Sequence record: OQ870566.1
Strand: one strand, 5' to 3'
From: Escherichia phage SR02
DNA length: 64,000 nucleotides
Part shown: piece by piece, positions 19,080-28,188 of the stretch
Layout: each line of letters opens with the position of its first letter
How positions within the stretch are numbered: position 1 is the stretch's first letter
Notes under the pieces: generated by a model
What the model was told of the DNA's origin: nothing
Database searches by the model: none
What the model saw: only the letters and a program-made list of their open reading frames with translations
Position numbers and translations under genes: made by a program

Positions 19080-19979
19080 ATGGCTAAAATCTTTACTCTG
19101 GTTAACGAATCCGGTTTTAATGCTCTGGCTAACAACATTCGCAGTAATAACGCGGCGATCAAACAAGATGTTTCTAACTTCCTGTTAGGGCACTTACAGC
19201 ACTTCCGCAGTAATGGTAAGAAGTTAGATGTATTGCAGGCGGCGGTTGACTTCCTGTTAACCGAACGTTTCCGTGATATGGATGTTATTGCTACCTCAAT
19301 TACTTTCTTAACTCCTATCAAGTTTAACACCGATGCGGCAAATGGTCGTAAAAAGTGGATTAATCTGGAAGGTGAGGCGAAAGCTAAAGAAGACGCGAAA
19401 GAAGCGCAAATTAAAACCAAAATGGAACAAAACCGCGCTCGATGGTCAAATGCTTTCGAAAACTTTGCTTTAGGCCGTGAAATTGAAGTTGATAACCCTA
19501 ACTTCTACAAGGGTTGCAATGACAACGTGGCGGCACACCTGCAAATCCCGGCGAAAAACAAGGAAGATTTTAACCAAGATATTTACTCTTTAGTTGAACG
19601 CTTGAATGCAATCCGTATCGAAGCCAAATTGCTGGCTGATGAGCGAAACGGCGCAACTAGTGATAACACTATCGCCCTGAGTGAAGAAGTTGGCAAGGTT
19701 AAAAAGTCCTTTGATTCACTCATCAAGAAAGTAACGGCCTCGACGGTAGCGATCTCAGACGATTATCTGATGAACGCATCAAGCAAGGAGCTGGAATCAC
19801 TCGATTCATACGCTGATGAAATGGAAAAAGCTGTTACAGCTATGCAGGAGAAGTTAGAGAGTCTGCGCGGTCGTATCTCTTCAACGGTTGCTACCCGTAC
19901 CGAACAAGCGGCTAAAGAAGAAGAGGAAGAAGTATTGCGCAAGGCAGCTGAAATTATGGCGGCACGTCAGGCAGCATAA
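19080..19979 (+). CDS. hypothetical early protein (299 aa), helical with Glu/Lys-rich C-terminus
   Basis: ATG with AAGGTGA RBS; followed by a strong terminator; no recognisable domain. Confidence 0.65.
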   Translation: MAKIFTLVNESGFNALANNIRSNNAAIKQDVSNFLLGHLQHFRSNGKKLDVLQAAVDFLLTERFRDMDVIATSITFLTPIKFNTDAANGRKKWINLEGEAKAKEDAKEAQIKTKMEQNRARWSNAFENFALGREIEVDNPNFYKGCNDNVAAHLQIPAKNKEDFNQDIYSLVERLNAIRIEAKLLADERNGATSDNTIALSEEVGKVKKSFDSLIKKVTASTVAISDDYLMNASSKELESLDSYADEMEKAVTAMQEKLESLRGRISSTVATRTEQAAKEEEEEVLRKAAEIMAARQAA

Positions 19980-20002
19980 GTAAGATAATTCAAATAAGCA
20001 TA

Positions 20003-20037
20003 AGGCGCTATCTTAACGGGTAGCGCCTTTTCTTTTA
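20003..20037 (+). terminator. rho-independent terminator
   Basis: Perfect 8-bp stem AGGCGCUA...UAGCGCCU followed by UUUCUUUUAU. Confidence 0.7.
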
Positions 20038-20090
20038 TCAGTGCATTGATTCAGTGCATTAATCAAAGAATCCAATCAAAGGTGACGATC

Positions 20091-20309
20091 ATGTTAATTA
20101 CACATACCACGATTTATCGGAATCTTGTCAACGGTCAACATTACCGACTATCTAAAAAGTATGGCGTTGAATGTAAATGTGTTATTACCGGTGAATGGTA
20201 TCCGTCGCCAATGAAGATTGAAACGTTGGAACGTGAAGCGATCAGCTATATTATCACGCAAGAAACAACGCTAGGCCGTGTCTTAAGAAAGTTGGGATTA
20301 AGAAAATGA
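20091..20309 (+). CDS. hypothetical protein (72 aa)
   Basis: ATG with AAAGGTGA RBS. Confidence 0.45.
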   Translation: MLITHTTIYRNLVNGQHYRLSKKYGVECKCVITGEWYPSPMKIETLEREAISYIITQETTLGRVLRKLGLRK

Positions 20310-20530
20310 TATTCAGTAATAATTTTGGCAAGTGTCCTATTTGTGAGAAACATCGCAGCACGGGAAACCATCGCAAATGTAGTAAGATATTACAGCGCCA
20401 ACGTGATAACAATCATTGGGATACTGTACACACTAACCAGCGTAAAGAAGAAGTTAGGAAAATGGCTGTTAAAGCGTCATTTGCTCAATCCACCCGTATT
20501 GAACACATTCAAAGGTATCAAGCATCATGA
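20306..20530 (+). CDS. hypothetical Cys/His-rich protein (74 aa)
   Basis: ATGA overlap with previous gene; CPICEKH...HRKC cluster. Confidence 0.4.
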   Translation: MIFSNNFGKCPICEKHRSTGNHRKCSKILQRQRDNNHWDTVHTNQRKEEVRKMAVKASFAQSTRIEHIQRYQAS

Positions 20531-20736
20531 TCACTAATATTTCAGAGTTTAAGAAAGCTCCCTCTCGTCTGTTAGGCCGTCGTGTAGTGTATCTTTATAG
20601 CAATAAAGGTAAATGTACAACCGGACGAATCACAACAGTAAGCAGTATCAACAAAAAACTATTGCAATTAAGCGTAGTTATGGACGATGGTACAATCCTG
20701 CTACGTAGTTGGAAATCGTTCGGTTTACTTGATTAA
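20527..20736 (+). CDS. hypothetical protein (69 aa)
   Basis: Overlap-coupled ORF. Confidence 0.4.
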   Translation: MITNISEFKKAPSRLLGRRVVYLYSNKGKCTTGRITTVSSINKKLLQLSVVMDDGTILLRSWKSFGLLD

Positions 20737-20805
20737 GTTATTTGTTCAAGCCTGTCGCCTTGATGGGCTTGCCCGATATAATTTATCACTGAAAGGAATA
20801 AGATT

Positions 20806-21249
20806 GTGGCTAAATCTAAAATCAGCATGAAGGGCGGGCGTTGTTTTGCTATCTCTGAACTAGAGAAAGAGAAACCGAAGGCAACTAATCACGTCAGTAA
20901 GCGTAGTTTAAAACGTCGTGCTGCAAAAGCTGAGGCTGAATCCCATGTCCCTTCCAGTGTGGCAAAACGTGTAGGTCATCGTGTCCATCGTGCTGATGCG
21001 TTGTTGTTAGCTGATCATAAACGTTCTTTGTTACAGAGCGGGGGCGCTAAAACAGAAGAAGAGAAGAAGTTAGAAATCTTCTGTAATGGTCGCACCCGTG
21101 GTAAACAGAAGTTTAAAGGTAGCACGAAAGACCCGCAAGCATTCCCTAAGACAAGTCAGTGTGCACCTGATGTTTTCTACGCAGATAGTAAACACAAGTG
21201 GGGCGTTGAAAAATACATTGACCCCATCAAGGAGGCAAGGGTTAAGTAG
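20806..21249 (+). CDS. hypothetical basic protein (147 aa)
   Basis: Lys/Arg-rich ORF with RBS. Confidence 0.5.
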   Translation: MAKSKISMKGGRCFAISELEKEKPKATNHVSKRSLKRRAAKAEAESHVPSSVAKRVGHRVHRADALLLADHKRSLLQSGGAKTEEEKKLEIFCNGRTRGKQKFKGSTKDPQAFPKTSQCAPDVFYADSKHKWGVEKYIDPIKEARVK

Positions 21250-21329
21250 TAGGAATATAGCCCCCTCTTTTAGTACTATGACGCTCTTTCTGTAGCGTCG
21301 TGCCCTCTCCCCATTTGAAGCTTCCGCAT

Positions 21330-21352
21330 AGCCGCCTTTGAGCGGCTTTTTG
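21330..21352 (+). terminator. rho-independent terminator
   Basis: Hairpin AGCCGC...GCGGCU followed by UUUUU. Confidence 0.5.
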
Positions 21353-21414
21353 CGTTGCTGTAAGTGCATTTGCGAGTGTATTTATAGCAACGGTCATGTG
21401 TTGCTTTCAGGTTT

Positions 21415-21441
21415 GCCCCGGCTACGGCTGGGGCTTTTTTT
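21415..21441 (+). terminator. rho-independent terminator
   Basis: Hairpin GCCCC-GGCUACGGCU-GGGGC followed by UUUUUUU. Confidence 0.6.
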
Positions 21442-21466
21442 GTATCTATTGTATAGGGAATTTTCT

Positions 21467-21766
21467 ATGAAAAACCCATTCGAGTTGATAAGTACAGACC
21501 CTGTAGAAATCAACATGCTTTCATTGAAGTCCAAGCTGATCATTATTCTTACGGAGTTGATCCGTGAGCAGGGGTGGTCACAACGTGTCGCAGCAGAGAA
21601 GCTAGGTGTTAGCCAGCCAAGGATTAGTAACCTTATGAATGGACAGCTTTCAAAGTTCTCCGTCGATATGTTGTTGGAAATGGTTTTCAAGATGGGGTAT
21701 AAGCTGGACATGAACTTCACTCCACTAAACACCAAGTCGCCACTGGCAATATTTGTAAAAAAGTGA
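21467..21766 (+). CDS. HTH (XRE/Cro-like) transcriptional regulator (99 aa)
   Basis: ELIREQGWSQRVAAEKLGVSQPRISNLMNG helix-turn-helix signature; start moved to the ATG after the terminator. Confidence 0.65.
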   Translation: MKNPFELISTDPVEINMLSLKSKLIIILTELIREQGWSQRVAAEKLGVSQPRISNLMNGQLSKFSVDMLLEMVFKMGYKLDMNFTPLNTKSPLAIFVKK

Positions 21767-21897
21767 TTGTGTAAGTTACAAATAGTAAGATAACACCTAT
21801 TCCGAAAGAGTAGGTGTTTCTATAAACATCTTTTCGAGGGTGTTTATGGAAACAACAAAACAGGAGGTAGCAAGTTCTGATAACAACGGCCCAGCTA

Positions 21898-22287
21898 ATG
21901 TTGACATTGACTATTTATTATGAGGCAGGGAATCAGCCAACCGCATGTAAAGCTATGGTTGCGGATACCGTGATAAATAGAATGGCCCAACGAAAACTGA
22001 CCGCTGAACAGGTGATAAGACAAAAGAACCAGTTTGAGTGGATTCCGGTACTATTAAAACAGGAGAAACCTTATAAACGTTATGTAAAGCTGATTCGTGA
22101 TAAAAATCCGATGACTAAGCAGGCCATTGGAGAAAGCGAGCGACTTGCTAAACGTGCCCTTAAAAAGAATTATGTTCCGCTGTACAGTGGGACTTACTTT
22201 CAGAGTAAGAGCGAAGGGGTGCCAAAATGGTATGCCAATCCTATGTATTGTGGTGATTTAGTGTTCGATAATAGCTCTAGGGAATAA
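21898..22287 (+). CDS. putative cell wall hydrolase (SleB/CwlJ Hydrolase_2-like)
   Basis: IYYEAGNQPTACKAMVADTVINR resembles the Hydrolase_2 EARGE...AVA.VVLNR motif; weak RBS. Confidence 0.4.
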   Translation: MLTLTIYYEAGNQPTACKAMVADTVINRMAQRKLTAEQVIRQKNQFEWIPVLLKQEKPYKRYVKLIRDKNPMTKQAIGESERLAKRALKKNYVPLYSGTYFQSKSEGVPKWYANPMYCGDLVFDNSSRE

Positions 22288-22486
22288 TCACTAGTGCCAG
22301 ATTTGACAAACTAAATTCCTTTATAAACCAACCACTTAGTAAATTTATTGAAAAAGATGGTAGTATTCTGGGACTATGGGTAATGCTCTGTATATAGACC
22401 CTTTGAAAATTTCTTAGAAAATAAGTTTACTAAATATAACTTACTTAAATAATATTACTTTTAATCTCTGATAAAGGGTAAATAAT

Positions 22487-22783
22487 ATGACTTTAGAGGT
22501 ATATAAATTCCTTTTTGTACTCTGTTTAACTGTCAGCGTTCTAGGATTTATTGTTCTAAGAAACAAAGCAGCAAGCTGGGAGAGAATGTATAAATCTCTA
22601 GTCCGAGTGGATGAGATGTATAATGAGAAAGTTAAAGCAACTCTTAACGATCTTATTATGCAAGTTGAAGACAGAAACAAACGTCTTCAGAATCTCAACC
22701 ACGAAGTGTTACGCCTTGCTCGTGCTAACGAAGACTTGCGAGTGGCGATTGCTAAGCAGCAGGAGATTAACAGTGAAAGTTAA
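22487..22783 (+). CDS. membrane-anchored coiled-coil protein (98 aa)
   Basis: N-terminal TM helix FLFVLCLTVSVLGFIVL followed by charged heptad region. Confidence 0.5.
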   Translation: MTLEVYKFLFVLCLTVSVLGFIVLRNKAASWERMYKSLVRVDEMYNEKVKATLNDLIMQVEDRNKRLQNLNHEVLRLARANEDLRVAIAKQQEINSES

Positions 22784-22820
22784 TATCATATCTGACCGAT
22801 CTATTATACGTTTGAATAAC

Positions 22821-23006
22821 ATGAAGCCTGGGCTTTTATTCTCTTTAAAAGATACGCTTTATATTCGAACCAATTCAACTACTGAAAACTATGTGAAGTG
22901 TGTCAATGTTATTAGTGGAACCTTACAACCTTTAGATAAGGATGCAATTTGCTGGGTAAGGGATGACCTTCACATAACCAATATAGAGGCTAAAGATGAA
23001 GATTGA
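22821..23006 (+). CDS. small protein, member of a paralog family (61 aa)
   Basis: Shares KxGDxF/xLxTG-type pattern with ORFs at 22996, 23255, 26973, 27224, 27475, 28185. Confidence 0.35.
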   Translation: MKPGLLFSLKDTLYIRTNSTTENYVKCVNVISGTLQPLDKDAICWVRDDLHITNIEAKDED

Positions 23007-23250
23007 TCTTAAGGTAAATGAACCCTCTCTGTGTGTTGGTGATCTTAAACTTGGAGATGTATTCCAAATAAGGGAAACACGAGCAGATTTCTACATGGTT
23101 GTTCAACTGTTTAGGTCACAGGTTGAGGAGACTAAACCTTCTGATGGTGGTTGTGTCGTCCTCAGTCTAACAAACAAGCAAGTCCTTAAGCTCAGCCCAA
23201 AAAGTAAGGTTGTTCTTCTTCATAACGTTGTAATTACCAATAAAGGGTAA
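22996..23250 (+). CDS. small paralog-family protein (84 aa)
   Basis: LKLGDVFQIR motif; see paralog family. Confidence 0.45.
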   Translation: MKIDLKVNEPSLCVGDLKLGDVFQIRETRADFYMVVQLFRSQVEETKPSDGGCVVLSLTNKQVLKLSPKSKVVLLHNVVITNKG

Positions 23251-23254
23251 GTAG

Positions 23255-23470
23255 ATGGAAATTAAAGTATCTGAACACAAGTATGCAAACATAGAAGATA
23301 TTAAGAGTGGTGATGTCTTCTCTTACGATAAACGTTTCTGGCTGATGCTAGATGATGATCTCTCTAATGGACTACGTAGGGCTGCTGATCTAAGCACCGG
23401 TCATGTTGGTAACTTCAACCCATCATCCACTGTTATGCCTCGTCCTGATTTGCATTTGACTCAAAAGTAA
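23255..23470 (+). CDS. small paralog-family protein (71 aa)
   Basis: IKSGDVFSYD and DLSTGHVGN motifs. Confidence 0.45.
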   Translation: MEIKVSEHKYANIEDIKSGDVFSYDKRFWLMLDDDLSNGLRRAADLSTGHVGNFNPSSTVMPRPDLHLTQK

Positions 23471-23977
23471 CACCGACTTATAGCCCTTGTGTCTATCAGA
23501 GGGCTATGTGAGGGTGTTCCTCATTAACTTATTAATTCAGGCATATGCCACACCGCTAGGGAGAGCTTGCTCAAACATCCGGTGCTAGACTAAAACCTGT
23601 TAATTTTCGAAAGACTTTCTGATATGTAGGGGTACATATTAGTTTGGGATTCAGGAGACTTCCTAGGGGTAGGGAGTCTTCACCAGTTGGAATAAGAGAT
23701 AGCTCTAGAACCTGAACTCTTAGGCAGAGAAGGTCGGCAATGAGTACGCGGTCAGGATTAGTCTACTGACTAGGGCTATCCCTTATATCAACTGGCAATA
23801 ATGCCTCCACTAACAAAGAGAGATAGGTATGAAAGTATCAACCAAACGTATGAACCGCCCTGAACGTATGGATGCAGTAGCTAACGGTGCTCTGAAACTG
23901 GAAGGCTTCTGGATTCATGCAATGTCAGCCATCCGTAGTAAGCAAGGTAATTGGACATATAACAGTTAATAATTAAA

Positions 23978-24009
23978 AGGCTGCCCAATCGGGTGGCCTT
24001 TGTTGTTTT
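23978..24009 (+). terminator. rho-independent terminator
   Basis: Hairpin AGGCUGCC-CAAUCG-GGUGGCCU followed by UUGUUGUUUU; near-identical hairpin at 50138. Confidence 0.6.
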
Positions 24010-24108
24010 AGGTAAATCACCTTTAATTGCTTTTCCCATCTGCATTCCACATGAATGAGTGCAGCAGTGATTGGGGTGGTTTACCTAAACTAACAAGAGG
24101 AAGCTAAA

Positions 24109-24285
24109 ATGTCTAAGCAAACAATCAAACATACGCAAGCTGGTTACTCTTATGTTAACTCTCCTTGCTGTGGTGCTCGTGTTAATCTGGTTAAAGAAGA
24201 GGTTCGTATCGTTCAGCGTGGCGCTACTGTTGTTCGTTCATGTTGCGTCTGTGGTAATGATATTTTTATTAAAGGTAAAGTATGA
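24109..24285 (+). CDS. small zinc-ribbon protein (58 aa)
   Basis: Manually translated; SPCCGARV...SCCVCGND Cys pairs; AGAGGA RBS. Confidence 0.4.
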   Translation: MSKQTIKHTQAGYSYVNSPCCGARVNLVKEEVRIVQRGATVVRSCCVCGNDIFIKGKV

Positions 24286-24533
24286 AAAACTTTCAAGCTG
24301 CACCAATCACTAAAGTGATCGAAGTTGACGGTGTAATGATGACTGTTCCTCTGAACACTCGTTACATTGCAATTGACAAGATGGGCTATGTATGGGCTTG
24401 GAAGATCAAGCCTAGTTATAACGCACTGTTTGATGAGTTTGTTTGTACTGGTACTTACAGTCCTACATTCTTGGGTTTATTTGGAGAGTTTGATGGTAAG
24501 CATAAAATCATCACTCTCCCTGCTTGTGCTTGA
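24282..24533 (+). CDS. hypothetical protein (83 aa)
   Basis: ATGA overlap with previous ORF. Confidence 0.45.
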   Translation: MKNFQAAPITKVIEVDGVMMTVPLNTRYIAIDKMGYVWAWKIKPSYNALFDEFVCTGTYSPTFLGLFGEFDGKHKIITLPACA

Positions 24534-24540
24534 GGTTATT

Positions 24541-24705
24541 ATGTTCAAGTGGTTTAAACGTTTCTTCCATCTCCATGATTGGGAGACAATAAAAGAAATT
24601 CGTTTACACATACATAATGAGATTGGTCAAATAGAAGACACAGGTACTCGTTATATACTTCGATGTAAAACATGTGGTCATATCACCAAGCGAGATATGA
24701 TCTAA
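24541..24705 (+). CDS. small Cys-containing protein (54 aa)
   Basis: ATG after TGAGGTTATT RBS context; CKTCGH motif. Confidence 0.3.
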   Translation: MFKWFKRFFHLHDWETIKEIRLHIHNEIGQIEDTGTRYILRCKTCGHITKRDMI

Positions 24706-24713
24706 ATAATTCT

Positions 24714-24789
24714 GCGCTCTTAGCTCAATGGATAGAGCAGTAGCCTTCTAAGCTATTGGTTACAGGTTCGAGTCCTGTAGGGCGCACCA
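24714..24789 (+). tRNA. tRNA-Arg (anticodon UCU)
   Basis: 76-nt cloverleaf folded by hand: acceptor GCGCTCT/AGGGCGC, D-stem GCTC/GAGC, anticodon stem GTAGC/GCTAT with loop CTTCTAA, T-arm ACAGG-TTCGAGT-CCTGT, encoded CCA. Confidence 0.85.
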
Positions 24790-24911
24790 CATTTAGGGCT
24801 AGTATGGGTGCGGCACCAGAGTTAGTGTATCCCTGTTGAGGCGAGTGCTTTTATAACAGTGGGAATTACTTTCTTAGTGAGCTTCTGGTTCGATTCCAGA
24901 TAGTCCACCAA
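24790..24911 (+). other. tRNA-like 3' element (canonical T-arm GGTTCGATTCC plus CCA) lacking foldable acceptor and anticodon arms
   Basis: T-arm UCUGG-UUCGAUU-CCAGA and ...UCCACCA read directly; no complementary 5' acceptor or anticodon stem found by hand. Confidence 0.3.
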
Positions 24912-24928
24912 ATTAAGTGAGAGGTATC

Positions 24929-25105
24929 ATGGGTAATAAACTTTTAGTTATCTCCATAACTGAAGTCAATCAAAAACTACAATCAAAAGTTAGAACCCTA
25001 GTCTTCTTAGATGAGGAAGAAGGTAGGGATTTTATTGAGAATTCCGGCAAAACAATAATCTCTGTTGAACTGGCCGAGGTTATGTGCTCTTACAAAGCTT
25101 TCTAG
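24929..25105 (+). CDS. hypothetical protein (58 aa)
   Basis: ATG with GAGAGG RBS. Confidence 0.35.
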   Translation: MGNKLLVISITEVNQKLQSKVRTLVFLDEEEGRDFIENSGKTIISVELAEVMCSYKAF

Positions 25106-25114
25106 GAGGTAATT

Positions 25115-25414
25115 ATGAGTTGGGGTGGTGTAATATCCTTAATCTGTATCTTCCTTGTCTGTATAGCCCTTACAGGCTGCGTACAGAGTCGTCCTGATGG
25201 ATGGTGTGCAGTAGCAGTGGAAGGTGTTTGTGTTTCTCGCTGGCATAAAGGTAAGAAGGTTCCTTCTGGTGAAATTGATATGCGCTGGAACGGAGCAACC
25301 TGCTCTAATGCTAACCCTTCTATCAACGAAGAGAAATCTACACCGGATAATGTTGTGATTGATACAGCGTTGTGGTGTGGTGGCTCTGTAACAACAACCG
25401 GTAAGGAGTGGTAA
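25115..25414 (+). CDS. Cys-rich lipoprotein (99 aa)
   Basis: Strong RBS TAGGAGG; signal peptide with lipobox LTGC (ISLICIFLVCIALTGC); several further Cys. Confidence 0.6.
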   Translation: MSWGGVISLICIFLVCIALTGCVQSRPDGWCAVAVEGVCVSRWHKGKKVPSGEIDMRWNGATCSNANPSINEEKSTPDNVVIDTALWCGGSVTTTGKEW

Positions 25415-25415
25415 T

Positions 25416-25664
25416 ATGACAGCTCATTATTGGAATACAAAGAAGCTTCTTGAAGAGATGGCTGGGGGTAGTAGAGTACAGCTAATCTCTATGCTTCGAA
25501 TGGATGCTCGCTCTTTACGTTTTCAAGTAAAGATTGGTAACTTTAGTGATGGTCTTTATTACACACTGAAGGAAAGAATTAAGAAGACTCACTTTATTAT
25601 GTACGGAATCAAACCGAGAACGTATGTTAACTACATGTATTGGGATACATGCTACGATAATTGA
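25416..25664 (+). CDS. hypothetical protein (82 aa)
   Basis: Tightly following ORF. Confidence 0.45.
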   Translation: MTAHYWNTKKLLEEMAGGSRVQLISMLRMDARSLRFQVKIGNFSDGLYYTLKERIKKTHFIMYGIKPRTYVNYMYWDTCYDN

Positions 25665-25671
25665 GGTTATT

Positions 25672-25893
25672 ATGTTATTTGAAGCTAAGCAAACATTACC
25701 AGTAGTTCCTTTGTCTACACTTCTTAGTGGGAGTGCTTTTAGACATGATAATGGTTTTTGGATTAAGGGCGACCAAGAGGTTGGAGGATATATTACCTGC
25801 ATCAACATCTGCAACGGCGTTGTTGACGGATTTCGTCCAGCCGCTGAAGTCACTCCTCAATCCAACGCAAAGGTTGTAGGTTTGGTATATTAA
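25672..25893 (+). CDS. hypothetical protein (73 aa)
   Basis: ATG after TGAGGTTATT RBS context. Confidence 0.4.
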   Translation: MLFEAKQTLPVVPLSTLLSGSAFRHDNGFWIKGDQEVGGYITCINICNGVVDGFRPAAEVTPQSNAKVVGLVY

Positions 25894-25902
25894 GGAGTTC
25901 AT

Positions 25903-26076
25903 ATGAGCTGTTTTGGTGGCGGTGAAGTAGATGACGATGATGACATGGAATCCAACGGTACATGTCCTGATTGTGGGTGTGAGACATGGGATGGGGTGTC
26001 TGTCTATCCTGTCTGTAGTTACTCACCAGTGATTTGTAAAACATGTGGAGATCAACCTTGTGATCAGTCCTGTTAG
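25903..26076 (+). CDS. small acidic Cys-rich protein (57 aa)
   Basis: AAGGAG RBS; CPDCGC...CKTCGDQPC clusters. Confidence 0.45.
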   Translation: MSCFGGGEVDDDDDMESNGTCPDCGCETWDGVSVYPVCSYSPVICKTCGDQPCDQSC

Positions 26077-26077
26077 T

Positions 26078-26293
26078 ATGTTAATTGTTTACCTGATAGG
26101 TGTGGTGTTATCAGGTGTGTTTGTTAAGGTTGTTGATATTAAAGATGATCAAGTCTTCAGACATTGGAGCGGATATCCAAACCTCAGCAAAATAGCAATT
26201 GTCCTTTTCTTGTGGCCTATCATTGTTGCGTTGCTTATAATTATAGGACTTTGGACTTTGCTATGGGAGTTAATTCTTCCTGTCAAAAAGTAA
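26078..26293 (+). CDS. small membrane protein with two TM helices (71 aa)
   Basis: Hydrophobic segments LIVYLIGVVLSGVFV and IAIVLFLWPIIVALLIIIGLW. Confidence 0.45.
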   Translation: MLIVYLIGVVLSGVFVKVVDIKDDQVFRHWSGYPNLSKIAIVLFLWPIIVALLIIIGLWTLLWELILPVKK

Positions 26294-26652
26294 GAGCTTA
26301 TCGTGAAGGATTCTTACGAGAGTCCTTTGAGATAGGACTTCAGATCTCCTATCAAACTAACATTCATGTAACTAGCCCATAAGGGCGTTACCCTTTAATA
26401 ACCCAGCCCACTAAGGGGGCGGGAGTTTAGTGCTGGATTGGCTTTACGCTTATTCCTACAAAGGCAACCGATTGTTAGATCTTACATGCAACATTAATTA
26501 ATAGGATAAGGGAGGATTCGTCCCCTCCCCCTATTCATAAACTATTAGGAGAGTACATTAGCTGATTAGCTGTAGAAGGTAGGCCGATATCTACAGCGTG
26601 GCCCAGAGCTAGTGTGCTCCCCTGATAGTTTTAACATTTAATTGGAGGATGT

Positions 26653-26964
26653 ATGAAAGCACGAAGAACTATATGGACTCCGATGCAGATTGAAAATCTT
26701 CGGAGACTAATCAAAGAGTACTCGGTTCAAGAAGTTGCTCAGATTATGAATGTAACGGAGAATGCAGTTAATACAGCTTGCACTAAGTTCGGAATATCAA
26801 GAGCTGTAATCCGAGTTAAGTGGTCTAAAGAAGAGGACCAGTTCCTTATCCGTAATGCTGGGTTCATGTCTATTCAGAGAATGGCTGACATGCTCGGTAG
26901 AAGTTATGCTGCTGTACAGAACAGGGCATGTATGCACCTTAACATTAGCCTCAAACTTAAATAG
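26653..26964 (+). CDS. putative DNA-binding protein with duplicated HTH-like motif (103 aa)
   Basis: Two W/S-anchored helix-turn-helix-like repeats (WTPMQIENLRRL...; WSKEEDQFLIRN...). Confidence 0.5.
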   Translation: MKARRTIWTPMQIENLRRLIKEYSVQEVAQIMNVTENAVNTACTKFGISRAVIRVKWSKEEDQFLIRNAGFMSIQRMADMLGRSYAAVQNRACMHLNISLKLK

Positions 26965-26972
26965 GAATCAAT

Positions 26973-27227
26973 ATGAAAGTTAACGAATTGAACAAAACTA
27001 CCAAGACAGTGAAACTGCACACTCTGAAAAAGGGTGATACATTCCGTTTAGAGGAGAATGGACCAATCCACATGGTCTGCACTGCTGAATCTACTAATTG
27101 GGTGGAAGTTGCACGAGATCGAGTAGTGTGTGTCAGGCTGGAAGATGGTAATCTGAGTGGTCCGGTCGAGGGTATTCCTGTTATCCCTGTTAAAGTTGAA
27201 GCTAACGTTATTAAGGGTTCTAAATGA
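26973..27227 (+). CDS. small paralog-family protein (84 aa)
   Basis: LKKGDTFRLE motif. Confidence 0.5.
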   Translation: MKVNELNKTTKTVKLHTLKKGDTFRLEENGPIHMVCTAESTNWVEVARDRVVCVRLEDGNLSGPVEGIPVIPVKVEANVIKGSK

Positions 27228-27469
27228 AAATCATCCCTAAGAAAAAGGATAATACAGTAAAATTGGAAACAATTATTCCTGGAAATCCTTTCGTGGTTCA
27301 GAACGGAAGCGCCTCTCCTCAGTATTACATGAGGGTTGAAAATGCTTCTTGTAACATCCGTATAGCCAGTGGTTGGGTTCCTGTGGTAAACCTTTCCACA
27401 GGTGTACTATCTGTTAAAGGTCTTGACGATCAGGTAGAAATGATTCGTATGTCAGTGGTTCAGGAGTAG
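27224..27469 (+). CDS. small paralog-family protein (81 aa)
   Basis: VVNLSTGVLSV motif. Confidence 0.5.
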   Translation: MKIIPKKKDNTVKLETIIPGNPFVVQNGSASPQYYMRVENASCNIRIASGWVPVVNLSTGVLSVKGLDDQVEMIRMSVVQE

Positions 27470-27474
27470 TGCAT

Positions 27475-27723
27475 ATGAGCATTATTAACATTAAAGTTAA
27501 AGACAAAGAGGAAAAAATCCTCCGTGTCAGAGATCTAAATATGTCAGATGTGTTTACTCTCCAAGAGTGCCAGAATCAAAAGGTTTATATGATGACAGCT
27601 AAAAGCAGGGGTTGTCAACCTGCTGGAGCTGTTAACTTAGGCACTGGAGAACTGCGTGTCATCTCTGGTGATATGGTTGTTGGTGAGAAGTTTATTAAGG
27701 CTGAAATCATCTTAACTTCGTAG
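27475..27723 (+). CDS. small paralog-family protein (82 aa)
   Basis: AGGAG RBS; VNLGTGELRVISGD motif. Confidence 0.5.
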   Translation: MSIINIKVKDKEEKILRVRDLNMSDVFTLQECQNQKVYMMTAKSRGCQPAGAVNLGTGELRVISGDMVVGEKFIKAEIILTS

Positions 27724-27954
27724 GAAAACAAATGAGACGTAAAGCATATTCTTATGACGATATGATTAACCAGAAAGGCTTCGGTCAACGACAGCCTGAC
27801 GGTTCAATTATCTGGTTCGTAAACGGACAGAAAAAGGTAGCTAAATAAGCCCTCTTCTCTCCTCCTTTTAGTACTATGACGCCTCTCTGTGGGCGGCCCA
27901 ATTTGCGTAGGGAATTCCCTCTACGCAGCCATGACTTTTTAAGGAATTTCCCAT

Positions 27955-28188
27955 ATGTCTAAAGTAAGCGCAATCAATGCAATCCGTCAACCGTTCCAGT
28001 TCCAATCCAAATCAACCCAAACCTTCAGTGAGCCTAAGCAGATTCGCTTGGGTGGCACGGAGAAAACTGTGTTCGATCTGGCTAAAAACAAGAGCGTTAC
28101 TGTAGTTGATGGTGGCACTCTGGTTAACGTTTCACATCGTATCCGTACTGGCAAAACTGCCAAAGATCGTGCCAAGAAAGGTGAATGA
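27955..28188 (+). CDS. hypothetical protein (77 aa)
   Basis: ORF after a conserved intergenic element. Confidence 0.45.
   Translation: MSKVSAINAIRQPFQFQSKSTQTFSEPKQIRLGGTEKTVFDLAKNKSVTVVDGGTLVNVSHRIRTGKTAKDRAKKGE

Noticed and set aside
21338-21466. N-terminal extensions given in the ORF track (21338, and likewise 43597, 47278, 44968, 15241, 19071)
   Set aside because: Extensions overlap upstream genes or terminators and lack an RBS; internal ATGs with Shine-Dalgarno sequences were preferred.
23828-23884. Small ORF MKVSTKRMNRPERMDAVA
   Set aside because: Careful re-reading shows an in-frame TAA after 18 codons; the surrounding ~640 bp is better treated as noncoding.
24790-24911. Second canonical tRNA gene
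   Set aside because: Has a perfect T-arm and CCA but no foldable acceptor or anticodon stem by hand; reported only as a tRNA-like element.
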